Positions 44,997 through 60,014 of a stretch of 64,000 bases of DNA are shown here, in pieces (position 1 is the stretch's first letter; each line of letters opens with the position of its first letter). The stretch comes from Eledone cirrhosa. Its lineage: Eukaryota. Both the position numbers and the translations under genes were made by a program. The stretch is from contig OZ024755.1 of the NCBI GenBank assembly GCA_964016885.1, positions 9,300,001-9,364,000 on the forward strand. Direction: 5' to 3'. The notes under the pieces are model-generated. The model saw only the letters and a list, made by a program, of their open reading frames with translations, searched no databases and had not been told where the DNA came from.

Positions 44997-45256
44997 AAAT
45001 GGGGAGAAGAATACTGCAGGTTGCACATGGATAACATGTAATAAAATGTGTCCCTCATCAGTGATTTGCCGACGATCATAGATATTTCATTGCATTAAAA
45101 ATCATATACCTCACGTCGGTGCAATAATAACTAAATTAAGTTATTAAGACAATTAAAACGCGTAAAGCGAGTGAGACAAGATAACAACAAAGAGGAGAGC
45201 TAACCGTAGAGAGGAAGGGAACAAGCTACATAGTTATTCTGTTAGCATAAGCTAGG

Positions 45257-45292
<36 letters not shown>

Positions 45293-45309
45293 TACATATA
45301 ATAATAATA

Positions 45310-45366
<57 letters not shown>

Positions 45367-45367
<1 letters not shown>

Positions 45368-45414
45368 GAGGTGTGTCAGAAAAGTTCCAGGACTGATGTC
45401 ACAAAAGGTTTATT
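45367..45414 (+). mobile_element. Solo terminal inverted repeat of the same mariner
   Basis: ta|cgaggtgtgtcagaaaagttccaggactgatgtcacaaaaggtttattt between (TA)n tracts. Confidence 0.85.
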
Positions 45415-45517
<103 letters not shown>

Positions 45518-45645
45518 GTATGCTAGGAGGACATGATATGAAGGTTAATCTAAAACTACTTTTCATCAATCTAAAACTACTTTTCATATGTTGATTTAAA
45601 ACTGCACTATCCACAAGTGTTTTTAACCTTCATATCATGTCTTCC

Positions 45646-45716
45646 TATTTTATCTGATGAAAACACAAATGTTATTGCATGATGATATTTGTTTTTGAAA
45701 TGCGCATAATAAAATA
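45646..45716 (+). ncRNA. Type I hammerhead ribozyme, apparently intact
   Basis: Stem I TATTTTAT/ATAAAATA (8 bp); CTGATGA 45654-45660; stem II 15 of 16 positions paired including G-U, GCAT loop; GAAA 45697-45700; palindromic loop III TGCGCA; UA cleavage site after 45708. Confidence 0.88.
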
Positions 45717-45746
45717 CATGGAACTCATTTAACCATCTTTTGATCT

Positions 45747-45831
<85 letters not shown>

Positions 45832-45949
45832 AAAAAACGAAAATCAGTGATGCATCTGGACTCAGTTTATTGCGTGTTACAATTGTTTCGTCGGCAGATA
45901 GCTCGAGACATGATCATTTCTCACTGTGAGAAAATTTGCTCCGAAAGCA

Positions 45950-46047
45950 TTGCATGTGTCCGAAGAACCTGCAGTTGTAGAATCAGGCAGATCCATATAA
46001 TGATCATGTTTTGACCTATCTGCCGGCGAAACAATTGTAACACGCAA
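45950..46047 (+). ncRNA. Type I hammerhead ribozyme with long stem II (one core substitution)
   Basis: ttgc-at-gtgt-CCGAAGA...ggcagat/atctgcc helix...GAAA(46028-46031)-CAATTG-TA-acac-gcaa, AATAAA at 46046; inverted copy of its 3' half at 45829-45917. Confidence 0.65.
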
Positions 46048-46197
46048 TAAACTGAGTCTAGATGCATCACTGATTTTTCGTTTTTTTTATATTATTCACA
46101 CTCTGCTCTGTAAGAACATTGAGTGCTCAACTGGCATACCGCCTATGGAAGTACCATAGCTACCATTAAAACACGTATATATATATATATACATATA

Positions 46198-46265
<68 letters not shown>

Positions 46266-46364
46266 TATAATATATATGGTTTCATTTTATTATATATATA
46301 TATATATGTGTATGTGCGTGTGTGTGGTGTGTGTAATCGCTACTTTTATTTATAAGTGCGTGCT

Positions 46365-46433
<69 letters not shown>

Positions 46434-47516
46434 AGGCCATTTTTTTCTAATTTATCAATGTTTTGATATATGGGGTGTTAATTAGATGATAATCTCTCGA
46501 TACCCTTATGGAAATTATATATATTCTACCATACGATAATGAAAATATCTGATTATATTTGATGAGGTTTTAGTTCTAGGATCTTGAGCAAACCTACATT
46601 AAAATGTTAAATATGTAGGCACTTTTAATTGGTATTCTGTGTAGAAATAGAGAGAGAAAGCGATAGTGAGAGAGACGGAGAGAGGGAAAGAGAGAGACGG
46701 AGAGAGAGAGACAGAGAGAAGGCCGACCCCCAGATTGGATTATGGAAACAATGTTTCCATTGCTAATACGATCTACCTCTTACAACTCTTGGCAGAAGGA
46801 GCAGCGTAAAATAAGGTATTTTGCTGAGGAATGCAAGGAGCCGCATAATCAAGAAATTAAACCAACGATCTTATGATCATGAATCTGACACCCTTACTAT
46901 TTGGCCACATTAAATGTGAATATTAAAACTTATGAAAAATATTTCACAACTGGAATCGAACCCACATCCATTTTATTGATGTCAGGATGTATTTACAACG
47001 CAACTTATTGTGGTAGTACGGTTTAGTTCGCTCCATCGTCATCCAGATTCCAGCATCTTTGATAAATATATTATACCATGGCCTTGGGTCGACACAAGCC
47101 CTATCAGTGTACTTTGGTAGACAGAAAATGAATAAAAGGTCGACAGATTGAGTGTATTTCTATTTGGATGGTAGATTTAATTCGTCGTTCATTTTAATTC
47201 CAAAACCTGGCCCTTGGGTGTCTTTAGTGGTATCCAATATATTATACAAGTAGTAGACAGTCAGTGAAATGGCAGAGTCCTTAGAACGTCTGATTGCTTT
47301 GTGGGTTTCATTAAAATCGCACTGAGGTTAACTATGCCTTTCATCAGTTGAAGTCGATAAATAAAGTACGGAACGGTTCTCCATTTATATCTGTTTCTCA
47401 CTTTATCTCTCTCACTTTGTTTTCCTGAAAGAAAATCAGCTGTTTTCAAACCTGGAGAGGGATGCCCAAGTAATTTAGTTCAGTGCTCCTACGATTCCAT
47501 CAGGAATTGTAGGGAC

Positions 47517-47560
<44 letters not shown>

Positions 47561-47625
47561 CCAAATATACTATACATACATTCATATATATATGTAATTG
47601 TAGTTATATACATATGAATATATGT

Positions 47626-47693
<68 letters not shown>

Positions 47694-47711
47694 TATACAT
47701 ACATACATACA

Positions 47712-47823
<112 letters not shown>

Positions 47824-48419
47824 CATGTATACACATATATAAACATATATATATACGTACATATATATATACATATATGCATTCGTACATACATACACAT
47901 ATATACATGTATACACACATATACATGTATATACACATATACTTTTGTTTTTCTAGTTTACGTGTGATAGTGTAATTTTACTCTATTTTTGTTTGGGGAT
48001 TTTGCTTCTTTTTCTTTCACTTTTTCTATTTCTATTTACTGAAGTAATATGAAAACATTTTGATATGAAGAGTTTGTTTTGGCGCGGCTCTCAGACAGAT
48101 CGAGAACATGATAAAAACTGATCGGATGTTCACAGAAGAAAACTTTACTACTGGTCACCTGATCTTCAAATCGCCTGACGAAAACATTAATCTTCTTTCA
48201 AAACGTGACATTATCAAAATTTTGCCAGCTTTACTTTGATAGTAAAGGGGGAAAATAAACATAAAATTATTGTGTATAAATATATTTTTCATTTGTCTAA
48301 AGCGTATTATTACCATTATTATTATTATTATTATTTTGATAATTATTATCTTTATATCATCACATTATGCTCAATTTAATCTTATCATTATTATTAATAT
48401 CATTGATGATTTGTACAGT

Positions 48420-48530
48420 AAATATGATAATTGCTGGGTCTTCTAATGTTTGTCGAGTCTCAAAAAGGTCCTTAAACAGACAGTACTTTCCTGAGTAAAT
48501 GTGCTCTGTCCAACACGAGAGAGTTTCTAG
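48420..48530 (-). mobile_element. Possible R4/Dong-clade LINE 3' end
   Basis: Minus strand ...LVLDRAHLLRKVLSV* resembles the GTAxILRKVL terminus of RLE-type LINEs; followed by degenerate (TAA)n. Confidence 0.35.
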
Positions 48531-48642
48531 GGGAGCAATTTGCTATTTGAGGTCAAAGTTATTTTCCTATGCAGCGTAGCCCTGATTAACTTTATGAGGT
48601 TTCACTAGAAGTGGAAAATAAGGATGGCGAGGAAAGTGCTGC

Positions 48643-48860
48643 CTTCCAACCAGTTTGTTGAAACGTGGGTGAGAGTGGCAAGCATGGTCCGTGTGAATGG
48701 GCCTGCCTTGAGCATATGCCTATAGATTGGAGTAGAAAAACTGTGGTGGGGAGGGGGCATTTTGTCCTAGCGGACAGGATGACTTTTGTGGGATTTCTAC
48801 ACGAGTGACCCTTAGAATCTTCTCACCTTTTGGAAACTTATGTTTGTTTTTAAATGTCTA
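48643..48860 (+). mobile_element. Old Tx1/L1-clade 3' fragment
   Basis: SNQFVETWVRVASMVRVNGPALSICL* aligns to the C-terminus of the other Tx1 copies. Confidence 0.7.
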
Positions 48861-48977
48861 AAGCCAAGAATCATATGAAGATACAGGCAGAACTAGCAGG
48901 CCACGTGCCTGCTCACAGGTTGAAGCTGCAATATATAACTTATATTATAAGGAAAATAAACCCATTATCTTTCCATA

Positions 48978-49200
48978 AATAATTGTTTCTACTTTCAGCA
49001 CAAGGCTAGCAATTTCAATGTGAGGTGGAAAGTTGAGTAAATTGACGCCTGCGTATTACTGGCGTATTACTGTTTTTCGTCTCCGTAAGTATGAAAAGCA
49101 AAGCTAACATCAGCCGGATTTGAACTCAGAACGTAAAGAGCCGTAACTCTATGCCACAAATCATTTCATTCTGTCCAACGCTCAACCGGTACTGCTAATC
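48978..49200 (-). mobile_element. SINE-A, diverged
   Basis: aattgtttctact...cacaaggc...ggatttgaactcagaacg. Confidence 0.8.
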
Positions 49201-51618
49201 CTTCTCTATTCCTTGGATAATAAAAAGGGGCATAGAGATAGATAGGATAAAGCTTCATGCTTGCCTCTTAATATTTGCGCAAACATCCACAACTGTGACA
49301 GCTGTCAATTAAATTGTTATTAAATTATCGTGGAATCAAGAAAATATAGACGTACAGGATAAAATGCATATCTTGGTGAGAGATGCAACTCTCGCTGTAG
49401 GCATCAGATAAGCCCTAAAATTGATGAATATTTAGTTGTTTGCAGTTGGTAAAGCTCACGCGGGAAAGAAGAGATTTTACAGTCATAACAGCAGCAGCAA
49501 AAGAAAGAGCAGTACCAGCATGGTGACACTATAGCTACGGTGGTCTCAGTATAAGTATGTGACGTATCTGAATTCTAGAGAAACGTGATGATAAATGCAT
49601 GAGCCTGAAGAGTCTGACCTCGGTGGCCAATAGACATGATTTTAAAGCTGATACTCTTAACACCTTCAGTCTATCAATTGGAAAGTAACGCCAGTGTCAC
49701 CTGATGTGTTTCTCTAGACAGTCTCTGCAGAAACAAAAACAACATCACCCGATTGCAAGTTCTGTTTATAGTTTTATTAAGTTAACATAAATCTGTTTTC
49801 AATGTAAAAGTTGTTCAACTTCACATGATTTGTTTGTGTTTTCATGTCGGCTGTTGAGTTGGGCGGACGAATTATTCCTCTCTTTATATGGGATGTAAGG
49901 GTGCGCTAATATATCCCTCCTTCAAGTGGGAGGTTAGAGTTGGGTGGAGATGAAGAATATATTAGTCCCCCTCCTTTATATTAGATGTTTTGTGAGGTAT
50001 GTTACACCCACATGTTATGTCAGATGATGGGGTTGTTGCACCATCTTATATGAAACAGGACAATACTCTTCTTTTTAAAATGAAATAAACATGATAGTGG
50101 TTAGAGTTGAACAAAGGACAGAAAACAGTGGCATGTTTGATGATAAGCAAAGGTAATAGGTTAGCAACCTTTTGACTTCTAACTTTGAAGGATGTCTGGA
50201 ATTTTAGTATTGGGTGTTTAGTCTATATTGATTGTTTACTAGTTATCTTATACATAAGTCCTCACATCTATAGGGAAGTGGTACGAGGATTTCCTGACTA
50301 ACCAAAAGCATTAATATTTCTAATATGAAAAGCGGGAATCAAAATCAGTTTACAGATTTGATTTGCCGCCTCTGAGTTTTGAACTCACATCTACCCCGAT
50401 TAGAATATATCCTTTTTTGTGTGTTTACTAGACATAAAACTCCATCTAGATATAGTTGTTTATGTCATAAGTAATGACATGTTGTTCATCAGTTACGTCC
50501 TGTAGTTTCTTATCGGAAACAGGGTCCGGATTCAATGGCGAGGCTAATTGAGATGATAAGAGTATAATACTTTTAGGAAGCAGTAAGTGGGATATAACTT
50601 TCATGGTTCTTTCAAGAGTATTAGTGACGTAAATGATATTATTAGTTTTAAACGGAAATTAGAAACGGTTTAAGAATTCAGCTGGCTGTCAGCTTACCTC
50701 TTGCTCTACAACAGCTGACATTGTCGTCGGAGATATGGATTCTCTATTAGCCGAAATAAATAAATCTAAAAGTGGATATTAATGTTATAAGAAATGAACT
50801 GTTGCTCATCAATCACATAATGCAGCTTCTAGTCAGAAACAGAGTTCCGATCTAACGGTAAGGCTAACCGAGACCATAGATCTTTTCTAGGAGTAAGTAC
50901 ACGATTAACCTCCTGTTGCTTATCCTAGGCTCACAGTCAGACTAGAATTCAACAGTTCAAACATACAAATTACAATAATTCAAACAAATAAACTATAACA
51001 AACAAGCAATAATACCTCCACTGCATTACAACAGTGGCCTGTATCTACATATGGTACATATTTACAGCAATGTATCATAGATTAGACAACTGTACTATCG
51101 AATTCAGCTGCTGCTCCTGTGGGAAAGTTGTCTACAATAGACTGGCGTCCTATCTAGATTTGTTTTACGTCTGCTTAGAGTTGCTGAACCCTGAATTCGT
51201 GCCAGCCCACTACACCCCAAGGGGTCTTCAAAACTATTCAATTAAGGTTATTAATAATGATGAGAACTCATATATTGCAGTTTATTCATAACATTTCATA
51301 ATTATTACAGTTATGGTTACACTCACCTCAAGAAATAATATATTGGAGCTGTTGACTAAATTACTTTAAATATTCAGTTTTCTCGAGGTTAAATTTTATC
51401 ATGTTCAACTCTGCACTTTTCATATAACTAAAGTTGATAGCATGAATAACATTAATATACCAGCAGTGCTTCAATTGACTGCAGTTCTCTTCAAAGAAAA
51501 TTAAGTTTTGTTAAGAATGAAAATCATTATGTCAACGAAATATTGGTTTCAGGAAAATACAGAGGCGTACAATTTTAGCAAACTCACAACGAAAACTGTT
51601 GAAAGTGATAACGCAAGG

Positions 51619-51776
51619 CACCACCTCCGAGAGACCACCTCCGAGACACCACCTCCGAGAGACCACCTCCGAGGCACCACCTCCGAGACACCACCTCCGA
51701 GAGACCACCTCTGAGGCACCACCTCCGAGAGATCACCTCTGAGGCACTACCTCCGAGACACCACCTTAGCGGCACC
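51619..51776. repeat. GC-rich 14-bp minisatellite, about 11 units
   Basis: (c/g)accacctccgag(a/g) repeated. Confidence 0.95.
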
Positions 51777-51958
51777 GCATCTATGACTCCAACAATTCCA
51801 TCAATACACCACCCTTGATTGCTAATTTACCGAAACCGAAATGATGAAACCAATATAATATAAGTGGGCCCTGATATATAAAATATAAGAGGGCCCCTGA
51901 TGAAATACTGTAATATATTTTATTCTACGCCCAAACGATTCTGCCAATCCACTGCCCT

Positions 51959-52007
<49 letters not shown>

Positions 52008-52109
52008 CTATGTGTGTGTATATGAGTCTAGGTGTAGGTACATTTGTATCTGATATGACTATATATATCAGAGGGCTAAATGTTTTAGTAATTATTCAGA
52101 TATTCCTTG

Positions 52110-53086
52110 TATTATTAAGTGATTGATAGTTAAGTGTGTATTTATACGTTCATTTATGTGTATCACTATTGCTATTTAAGTGTATATACATATTTTGATT
52201 TATGCGTATGTCTATGGCTATTTAAGTAAGTGTAGATATATACTTAGATGTATATGTATATCGTTATGGCTATTTAAGTAAGTGTATATACATATTTTGA
52301 ATTATATACTAGTATGTATCATTATGGCTATCTAAGTATATATACATACTTTAATTTATATGTTATTGACTATAACTAAGTAAGTATATAAATACTTTCA
52401 TAGGTATATATATATGACAAGCTATTTAAGTAAGTGTATATACATGCTACGAATTATATGTTATTGACTATAGTTATTTAAGTAAGTGTATATACATTCT
52501 ACAAATTATATGTTATTGACTATAGTTATTTAAGTAAGTGTATATACATTCTACAAATTATATGTTATTGACTATAGTTATTTAAGTAAGTGTATATACA
52601 TTCTACAAATTATATGTTATTGACTATAGTTATTTAAGTAAGTGTATATACATTCTACAAATTATATGTTATTGACTATAGTTATTTAAGCAAGTGTATA
52701 TACATTCTACAAATTATATGTTATTGACTATAGTTATTTAAGTAAGTGTATATACATTCTACCAATGATATGTTATTGACTATAGTTATTTAAGTAAGTG
52801 TATATACATTCTACAAATGATATGTTATTGACTATAGTTATTTAAGTAAGTGTATATACATTCTACAAATTATATGTTAATGACTATAGTTATTTAAGTA
52901 AGTGTATATACATTCTACCAATGATATGCTATTGACTATAGTTATTTAAGTAAGTGTATATATATTCTACCAATTATATGTTATTGACTATAGTTATTTA
53001 AGTAAGTGTATATACATTCTAAAAAATATATGTTAATGACTATAGTTAATTAAGTAAGTGTATATACATTCTACAAATTATATGAT
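52110..53086. repeat. 52-bp minisatellite, about 12 near-perfect units plus about 6 degenerate left-hand units
   Basis: tagttatttaagtaagtgtatatacattctacaaattatatgttattgacta recurring every 52 bp from 52471 to 53043. Confidence 0.96.
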
Positions 53087-53442
53087 TTAATGATGGCCAT
53101 ATTTATCTTGGTATGGTTTGATTTATTCTCTGATTCAGAAACTGTAAATACAGTCGAAGAATTTGATCTGGTAACGATGACCATCTCAATCTATAGAAGT
53201 GGTCTGACTTATTTATTTTTCAATTCACAGGCTGTTTTTACGGTCAGGGATTTTGGTCAGGCTCCTTCTATTTAAATTGCTTGAGGTTGTATATAACCCT
53301 CGGGAACGACGTTTTATCGACCCGTCAGTGATATGTATAATATACTCTTTATATATATTTACTTCTCTGAATAAGATATTTTAACGATCTCTTTTCATTG
53401 AGATGTTAACTATATTCGTGACAAATTTAATTATGTATAATT

Positions 53443-53498
53443 AGAAGATCCCGTTAAGGGTGAAAGCAGCGTTTCTTTGCTTAAACTTTAATCTGTTA

Positions 53499-53545
<47 letters not shown>

Positions 53546-53684
53546 ATAGTAATAAATTTGAAGGCTAAAATCCAAAGAGGGCTCGATAAGGATAAATATA
53601 TATCAAATATATAAGAACCGTAGAGCAAATATTTATTTTAATAAATATATATATATATATATTTATTAAAATAAATATTTGCTC
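53443..53684 (+). mobile_element. (TA)n-anchored element, copy 6: tail-(TA)n-head, ending in a 62-bp perfect palindrome
   Basis: Tail 53443-53506, (TA)n, head 53542-53645; palindrome 53623-53684. Confidence 0.75.
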
Positions 53685-53737
53685 AAAATGTTTATTATAA
53701 ACATACAGAATATTTTCGAATATTCTATGTTTTTCTT

Positions 53738-53780
<43 letters not shown>

Positions 53781-54775
53781 AATATGTATGTAGGTGTACA
53801 TATTTATGAATTTAAATAATAAAACACACATTCCATCAGATATTTATTAATAGTAATGACTCCCTTTCGCCAAAAAAAAATATATTCTTTGTTGGTTTTT
53901 GTTTCGTTTGTCTTTTGTTTTATTTTTGTTTTATTTTTATTTTTCATTTTATTTTTTGTTTTTTTTTTGTTTTTTATGTTTTTTTTAGGGAAGGGGGTGC
54001 TTGAAAATAGAATAAGTACACAGTTGGAATAATGTTACTTAAAAAACTGCACAGAGAATAAAATGAAGGAAATACTGTTAAAAATATGTTTGTCACAATT
54101 CAACCCTCAGTTCATAACTTTGACCGACACCCCCCTAATTTGTGAGTACTTGTCTCCACCCACCATCAACAACAATAACAACAACCACAAAGATCATCAA
54201 GACCAACACCTCCACCAACATCACCACCATCATCGCCACCACCACCACCACCGCCACTAAGGCCATCACCACCACCAATACCACAACTCTCATCACCCAT
54301 CACAACCAAGACCATCAACACCAACACCACAACTAACATCACCACTATCATCACCACCATCAACGCAACAACCAACACGCCACTGCCAACACCACAACTA
54401 CCATCGCCATCACCGCCAGAACAACCAACACCAACGCCACCACCAACATCACCATCGTCACCAAGAACATCACCACTAAACTCCACCGCCAACACTAACA
54501 CCGAAACTACCAATACCTCGAACACCACTACGACAACAGCTACTACCATTACTAAAACAACAACAACAACAACAACAAACGACAAACAACATTCATCATC
54601 ATCATCATCATCAACAACAACAACAAAACTATCAGACTTTCGTTTTTGCGGTAAAAGTTTTTAACGAGATTCCCATCGTTTCAAAAGGATTATTATCGGG
54701 GTTAGAACCGGTGATTATTTTACCATAATTCATATGTATGTGTATACATACATATGAATATATATATATATATAT

Positions 54776-54808
<33 letters not shown>

Positions 54809-55106
54809 CAAACATTCTTATATATATATATATATATATATATAAACATTCTTTTATTCTTTTACTAGTTTCAGTCATTACTGTGGCCATATACACACAC
54901 ATATATATATATATATATAATATATATATATATATGCATGCATACATATATATCTATAATATATATATATGCATGCATACATATATATCTATAATATATA
55001 TATATGTGTGTGTGTGTGTGTGATATTATATACATATGGGTATGTGTGTATGCATTCTTTCGTACTTTTACTAATGTCATTGACATTTTCGCAATGAACG
55101 TACAAA

Positions 55107-55165
<59 letters not shown>

Positions 55166-55193
55166 CCACAGTAGCAGCAGTAGCAGCAGCAGC

Positions 55194-55250
<57 letters not shown>

Positions 55251-55671
55251 TTTCTATTTTGGGAGTGTCTGAAGGCAATCCATCCGTGGACATCCATAGG
55301 GGGACTTGTCACAATATATGGCATGTCTTAGACATTTTAACCTGGCGAAGTTCACCCCTCTTCGTATCTGAACATAGCTGAGTTCTTCCAGGAGAGAAAG
55401 TGACAAGGCGGAAGAAAGAAAAAATAAGAAATAGATATGGAGGAAGAATCAACCCTGGTACTGGTCATGGTTCTTTATCGACCTCGAAAGAAAGAAAATC
55501 AAAGAACTTAGAGTACAGACAGCCGAAAGAAATAATGCAAACATTCTATTCAACGTTCTTATGCATATATATACGAGGATTTGAACGTGGTTTCGAAGGG
55601 AACTCCTTAACAACATAGCCTTGTTGATAAAATGATAAAGGTTTTTTGCCATATACTTAAATATATATATA

Positions 55672-55781
<110 letters not shown>

Positions 55782-56426
55782 CGTGCGTGCGTACACGTGC
55801 ATACACACTCACATTTATGTATATGTATGTCTGTGCATGTTTTTTTTTGTATATATATATAGAGAGAGAGAGCGAGAGAGTGAGAGAGAGAGAGAGAAAC
55901 GTAAACAGATATTCATACATCTGCATTTATGTCCATGCGTGTTTGCATGTGTATGTATCTATACGCATGTGTACATGTGTGTATATGTGCATGTGTGTGC
56001 GTACATGCGCATGTGTACATGAGTGCGTGCATGTATGTTGTGAGAGTGCGTAATAATCTAAACTGTTCGGTTTTTTTTATGGTAAACCTATTATAAGGTA
56101 TTAGCACAGGAAGTTTAACGGACGGTGACAAATGTTCGTTCGTCTGTGGAAACTGATAGCGGAAGTCCCTGATATACAGCATCTTGTCTCTGAGGACAAC
56201 AATATAAAAATGAACTAAGCCCAACAAATATAACAATTCAAAGCAGAAACTTTAAAATTCAGTAAGAGACAGAATGTCTCCGTTATAAACTATTGTTAGA
56301 CTATTAACCCTCTCGGAAACAAAGTTACTGAAACCGCCCATGGTTTTATGGTACAAAACTGTTTCCTTTAAAGTGTTTATATTTGTCTAAAGACTTCCAT
56401 TTGTCTAAAGACTTCCGAATTGAGAT

Positions 56427-56673
56427 GTCACAGCTCTGATACTATGGGCATGTGGATATAATGTCTCAGGAAAGAATCGCTGGACATATTTAAGGACAAA
56501 ACCAACCGGCGGGAGACCCAGAAGTATACCCAGAGCAAGAATAGTAGAATAACATCCATGAGCTTGGCTGGTCTCGCTTTGGGATCCAGCCGGATTAGTT
56601 GAAGATGGGTACTGCATCTGACAGGATCCGCTGGAAAGAGTATTTGACCGTCACAGGAATAAGTGGGCGAAGA
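56427..56673 (+). mobile_element. RTE-clade LINE 3' fragment
   Basis: Homologous to 25961-26226 (tcacagctcYgatactatgggcatgtgg...aagtggRcgaagaa). Confidence 0.8.
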
Positions 56674-56682
56674 ACACTAAAC

Positions 56683-56717
<35 letters not shown>

Positions 56718-57350
56718 TATCATCCTGCCGCCCACATATTATTGTATAAAGGAATATATGGAGCAATAGAAAAACAATTTGCTACGATTTGCTTTTCTTT
56801 ATAATAATAATAACCCAATCTAGAACATATTGTCATCGTTTTTCATTCGTTCTAATTTGCCAAATCTATAGTAGATTTTTTGTTTCCTTTGGTGGTGGGG
56901 GAGCTGCTCTGGCGTTTACTGATGCTGCTACTGCTGCTACTGCTGATGTTGGTGCTGCTGTTTGTATTGCTTCTTCTGTTGCCATAGATCATGTTTGTCG
57001 ATGGGAATTATAGTGATTTCAGAAAAAATCTTTGCAATTCTCAGCCAAACAATAAGTCTTTTAACAATGCCTTCTTTTCAGAAGAAAATCTCAGACAAAC
57101 AATGAACTTTGTATTGCGCATTGTTTTGTTTTGTTATTTTCTCTTTTTCCTCTTCTTTATTATTTTGCATATATATATTTATGTATGTATGTATGTATGT
57201 ATGTATGTATGTGTGTATTATACGAGTATATATATATATTTATATATATATATACATATATTGGTATTATGTATTATATATGTGTGTGTATGTATATATA
57301 TAATATATACATACATATATATTTGTATGTAAATACATATATATACATAC

Positions 57351-57446
<96 letters not shown>

Positions 57447-59727
57447 TTTGAACTGTCTGCTAAGTTAGAAGAACTTATATCTTAAACTATGCGTGCAAAT
57501 GTATGTTATTAAAATAAGAATTGGGACAACTTCAATCTTTCTTCTTTTTTTTTTCTTCGTAATATTCCAATATATCTTGACAGCTTTCTAAGTTAAGTAG
57601 AATTCCTACAGAGAACTGCACTACGAAAGGGAGTAGTTGTCTTTTGAAACCTGTTGAAGACGAATTTTGGGTAAATGGAAGGAAAAGTGCGAGGGATGGG
57701 GGAGAACATTTTGCTAATATTCAGCCCCCATTTTGTGAAAGAGAAATCCAAAATATTTATATTCTATTAAATATAACCCGCTGCGAAAATAAGGTGAAAA
57801 ATCTTTAACAGTTCTGACTAAAAGACAAACACCCATAATAATAATTGTTTGTTACATAGGCATGAAGTCTGGGTAGTTTGTAAGAAGAAAAAAGAAAGGG
57901 GGGTTACGAAGTTTGTCGAAAAAGTATACGACGTTTTGTTTTCTTATGGGAAGTAATGTTGTTATAGAGACAAATGTTTGCAAAGTGGAGTCACATACAT
58001 TCTTACGCATGTGTAGTTTATTACTGAACTTGCTGTAAGTTTTACTCCTGTTTAACAGTCAGTGTGTGAGGTGATATACTATTTACTCGTCACAATTTCA
58101 TTTCGCCCAATACTTTTAAAAAGGATCTTGAGTTTCTGTGCAGAGGTACAAGGGACCTACTTCAAAAAAGGATTAGCACTTGAACTCCACACAGTACGTA
58201 ATTCGTTTTCCAGTCTAAGGCCGGATACTTTTTAGACAGATCTCGTGTATTACTTTCCCAAAGAACATTAATGATGTAAGCGAAATAACTGCTACTGAAA
58301 ATTAAAACTAACTTTGTAAAACCAACCATCTCCTCTCAGTTAGCTTACCACTTGCTCATTGACATTTGCCACACGTAATTGTTTTACATAAGCAATAAAT
58401 CTGAGATGTTTAGAGAAAGGAGTAAGTTAGAATTTGAGACCTTCAAACTTTTCCTAGGTACATGAATGTTATAAACCTAAAGGAAATGGATACAAGACGA
58501 AAACGAAATTGGTCGACGCAAATGAGTTTCTCTATAATCTTTCGTAATAATGGGTTTCTAATTTTGACACAAGACCAACAACAGTTCAAATAAGGCAATG
58601 ATCGAAAAATATTTTTTTTTGTGAGAGAAGGATGTGACGGTTACAGAACCGTATTAAAGATAATGTTATTTTAAAAAAGATTATAGTTAATAGTTCAAAT
58701 ATTGTTTGTTATTATTAATAATAGTTTTTCACTAATAACTTTATAAATATACATAGTAGTGCAATATTCTTATTTACCTGGTGGTTTTAAGATGTTATTC
58801 AGCATAAATGTGAAATATAATTGAATAATGTATTTAACAAAATATACACACATGTATATTTACTGCAGGATTGATGTTAAGTTACTAAATATATACGTTA
58901 TGGACGAGTTAATGTAAATAGAATTATTAATATTCAAATATGCATAAAGAAGTATACAAATACAAACTTATTTGTATACAAATACAAAATTTTTTTATCA
59001 TAATTTTATGAATGAAAAAATTTGTTGTTTCGATATTCACTAAAATATATTCATTCAACACTCTATATTATACAAAGAATATTTCACTGTTTATTTTCTC
59101 AATCATTATATTATAGAGTTAACTAAATGCCTCTTGAAAAAGTCATTTCTGATCTGATTTGAATGTTCAAAAGTAATCCGAGTATTATCAACAGATGTAC
59201 AGTAAAAATGATTCTGACGCGATTAGACATAAGAAAATAATTAAACATAACGTGGGAACTGTAGCTTAGTTTACACACTACTCCAAAAATTATTAGTACG
59301 TATGAATGGAATAATAAAGTGTAGCAGTTATTAGTTATTCAAGGACTTGAGGAAAGAACAAAAAAACAGATGAGAACCAGCCTGAGAATAAGGATATAAT
59401 TTCTTAATGGTTAGCTAAAATAGACCTTTATACTACATGACAAGCCAATAAACATACTTGTGATGTATGTATGTAGGTATGTAGGTATGTATGGGTGGAA
59501 GGATAGATGGATGGCTGAATGGATGGGTGGAATGATAGACAGATGGATGGAGGGAGGGATCCGTAACTCCTTGTAGAATCGGAGGAAGACCATATTGATA
59601 TACGGCGTTACTTGGACATTTTTTTAACCTGGAGGATACCATCTCCTTTCCAAATCTGGATACAGTAGGTTTCTTCCAGAGAAGGGGAGAAAGAGAAAGA
59701 GAGATATAGAACTATATTATAATAATA

Positions 59728-59896
59728 ATAATGTTTCTACTTTTGGCACAAGGCAAGCAATTACCTCAGTGCATTACTGGTACTTTATTTTATCGACGTC
59801 GTAAGGATGAAAGACAAAGCTAACCTCGGCGGAATTTGAACGTAAACGGCCATAATTCTATGTTGCAAAGCATGGTATCTGACGCTCTACCGATAC
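59728..59896 (-). mobile_element. SINE-A
   Basis: Reverse complement of consensus with (ATT)n tail. Confidence 0.85.
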
Positions 59897-59900
59897 AAAC

Positions 59901-60014
<114 letters not shown>

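Noticed and set aside
45000-45070. Minus-strand CTGATGAGGG in a (TA)n-bounded cassette as another hammerhead
   Set aside because: No matching stem II partner or GAAA downstream; at best a half motif.
48170-48212. CTGACGA...AAAACG as a hammerhead
   Set aside because: GAAA is mutated and the stems do not pair convincingly.
52419-53086. CRISPR-like regular array
   Set aside because: Contiguous tandem units with no unique spacers, eukaryotic context and no cas genes.
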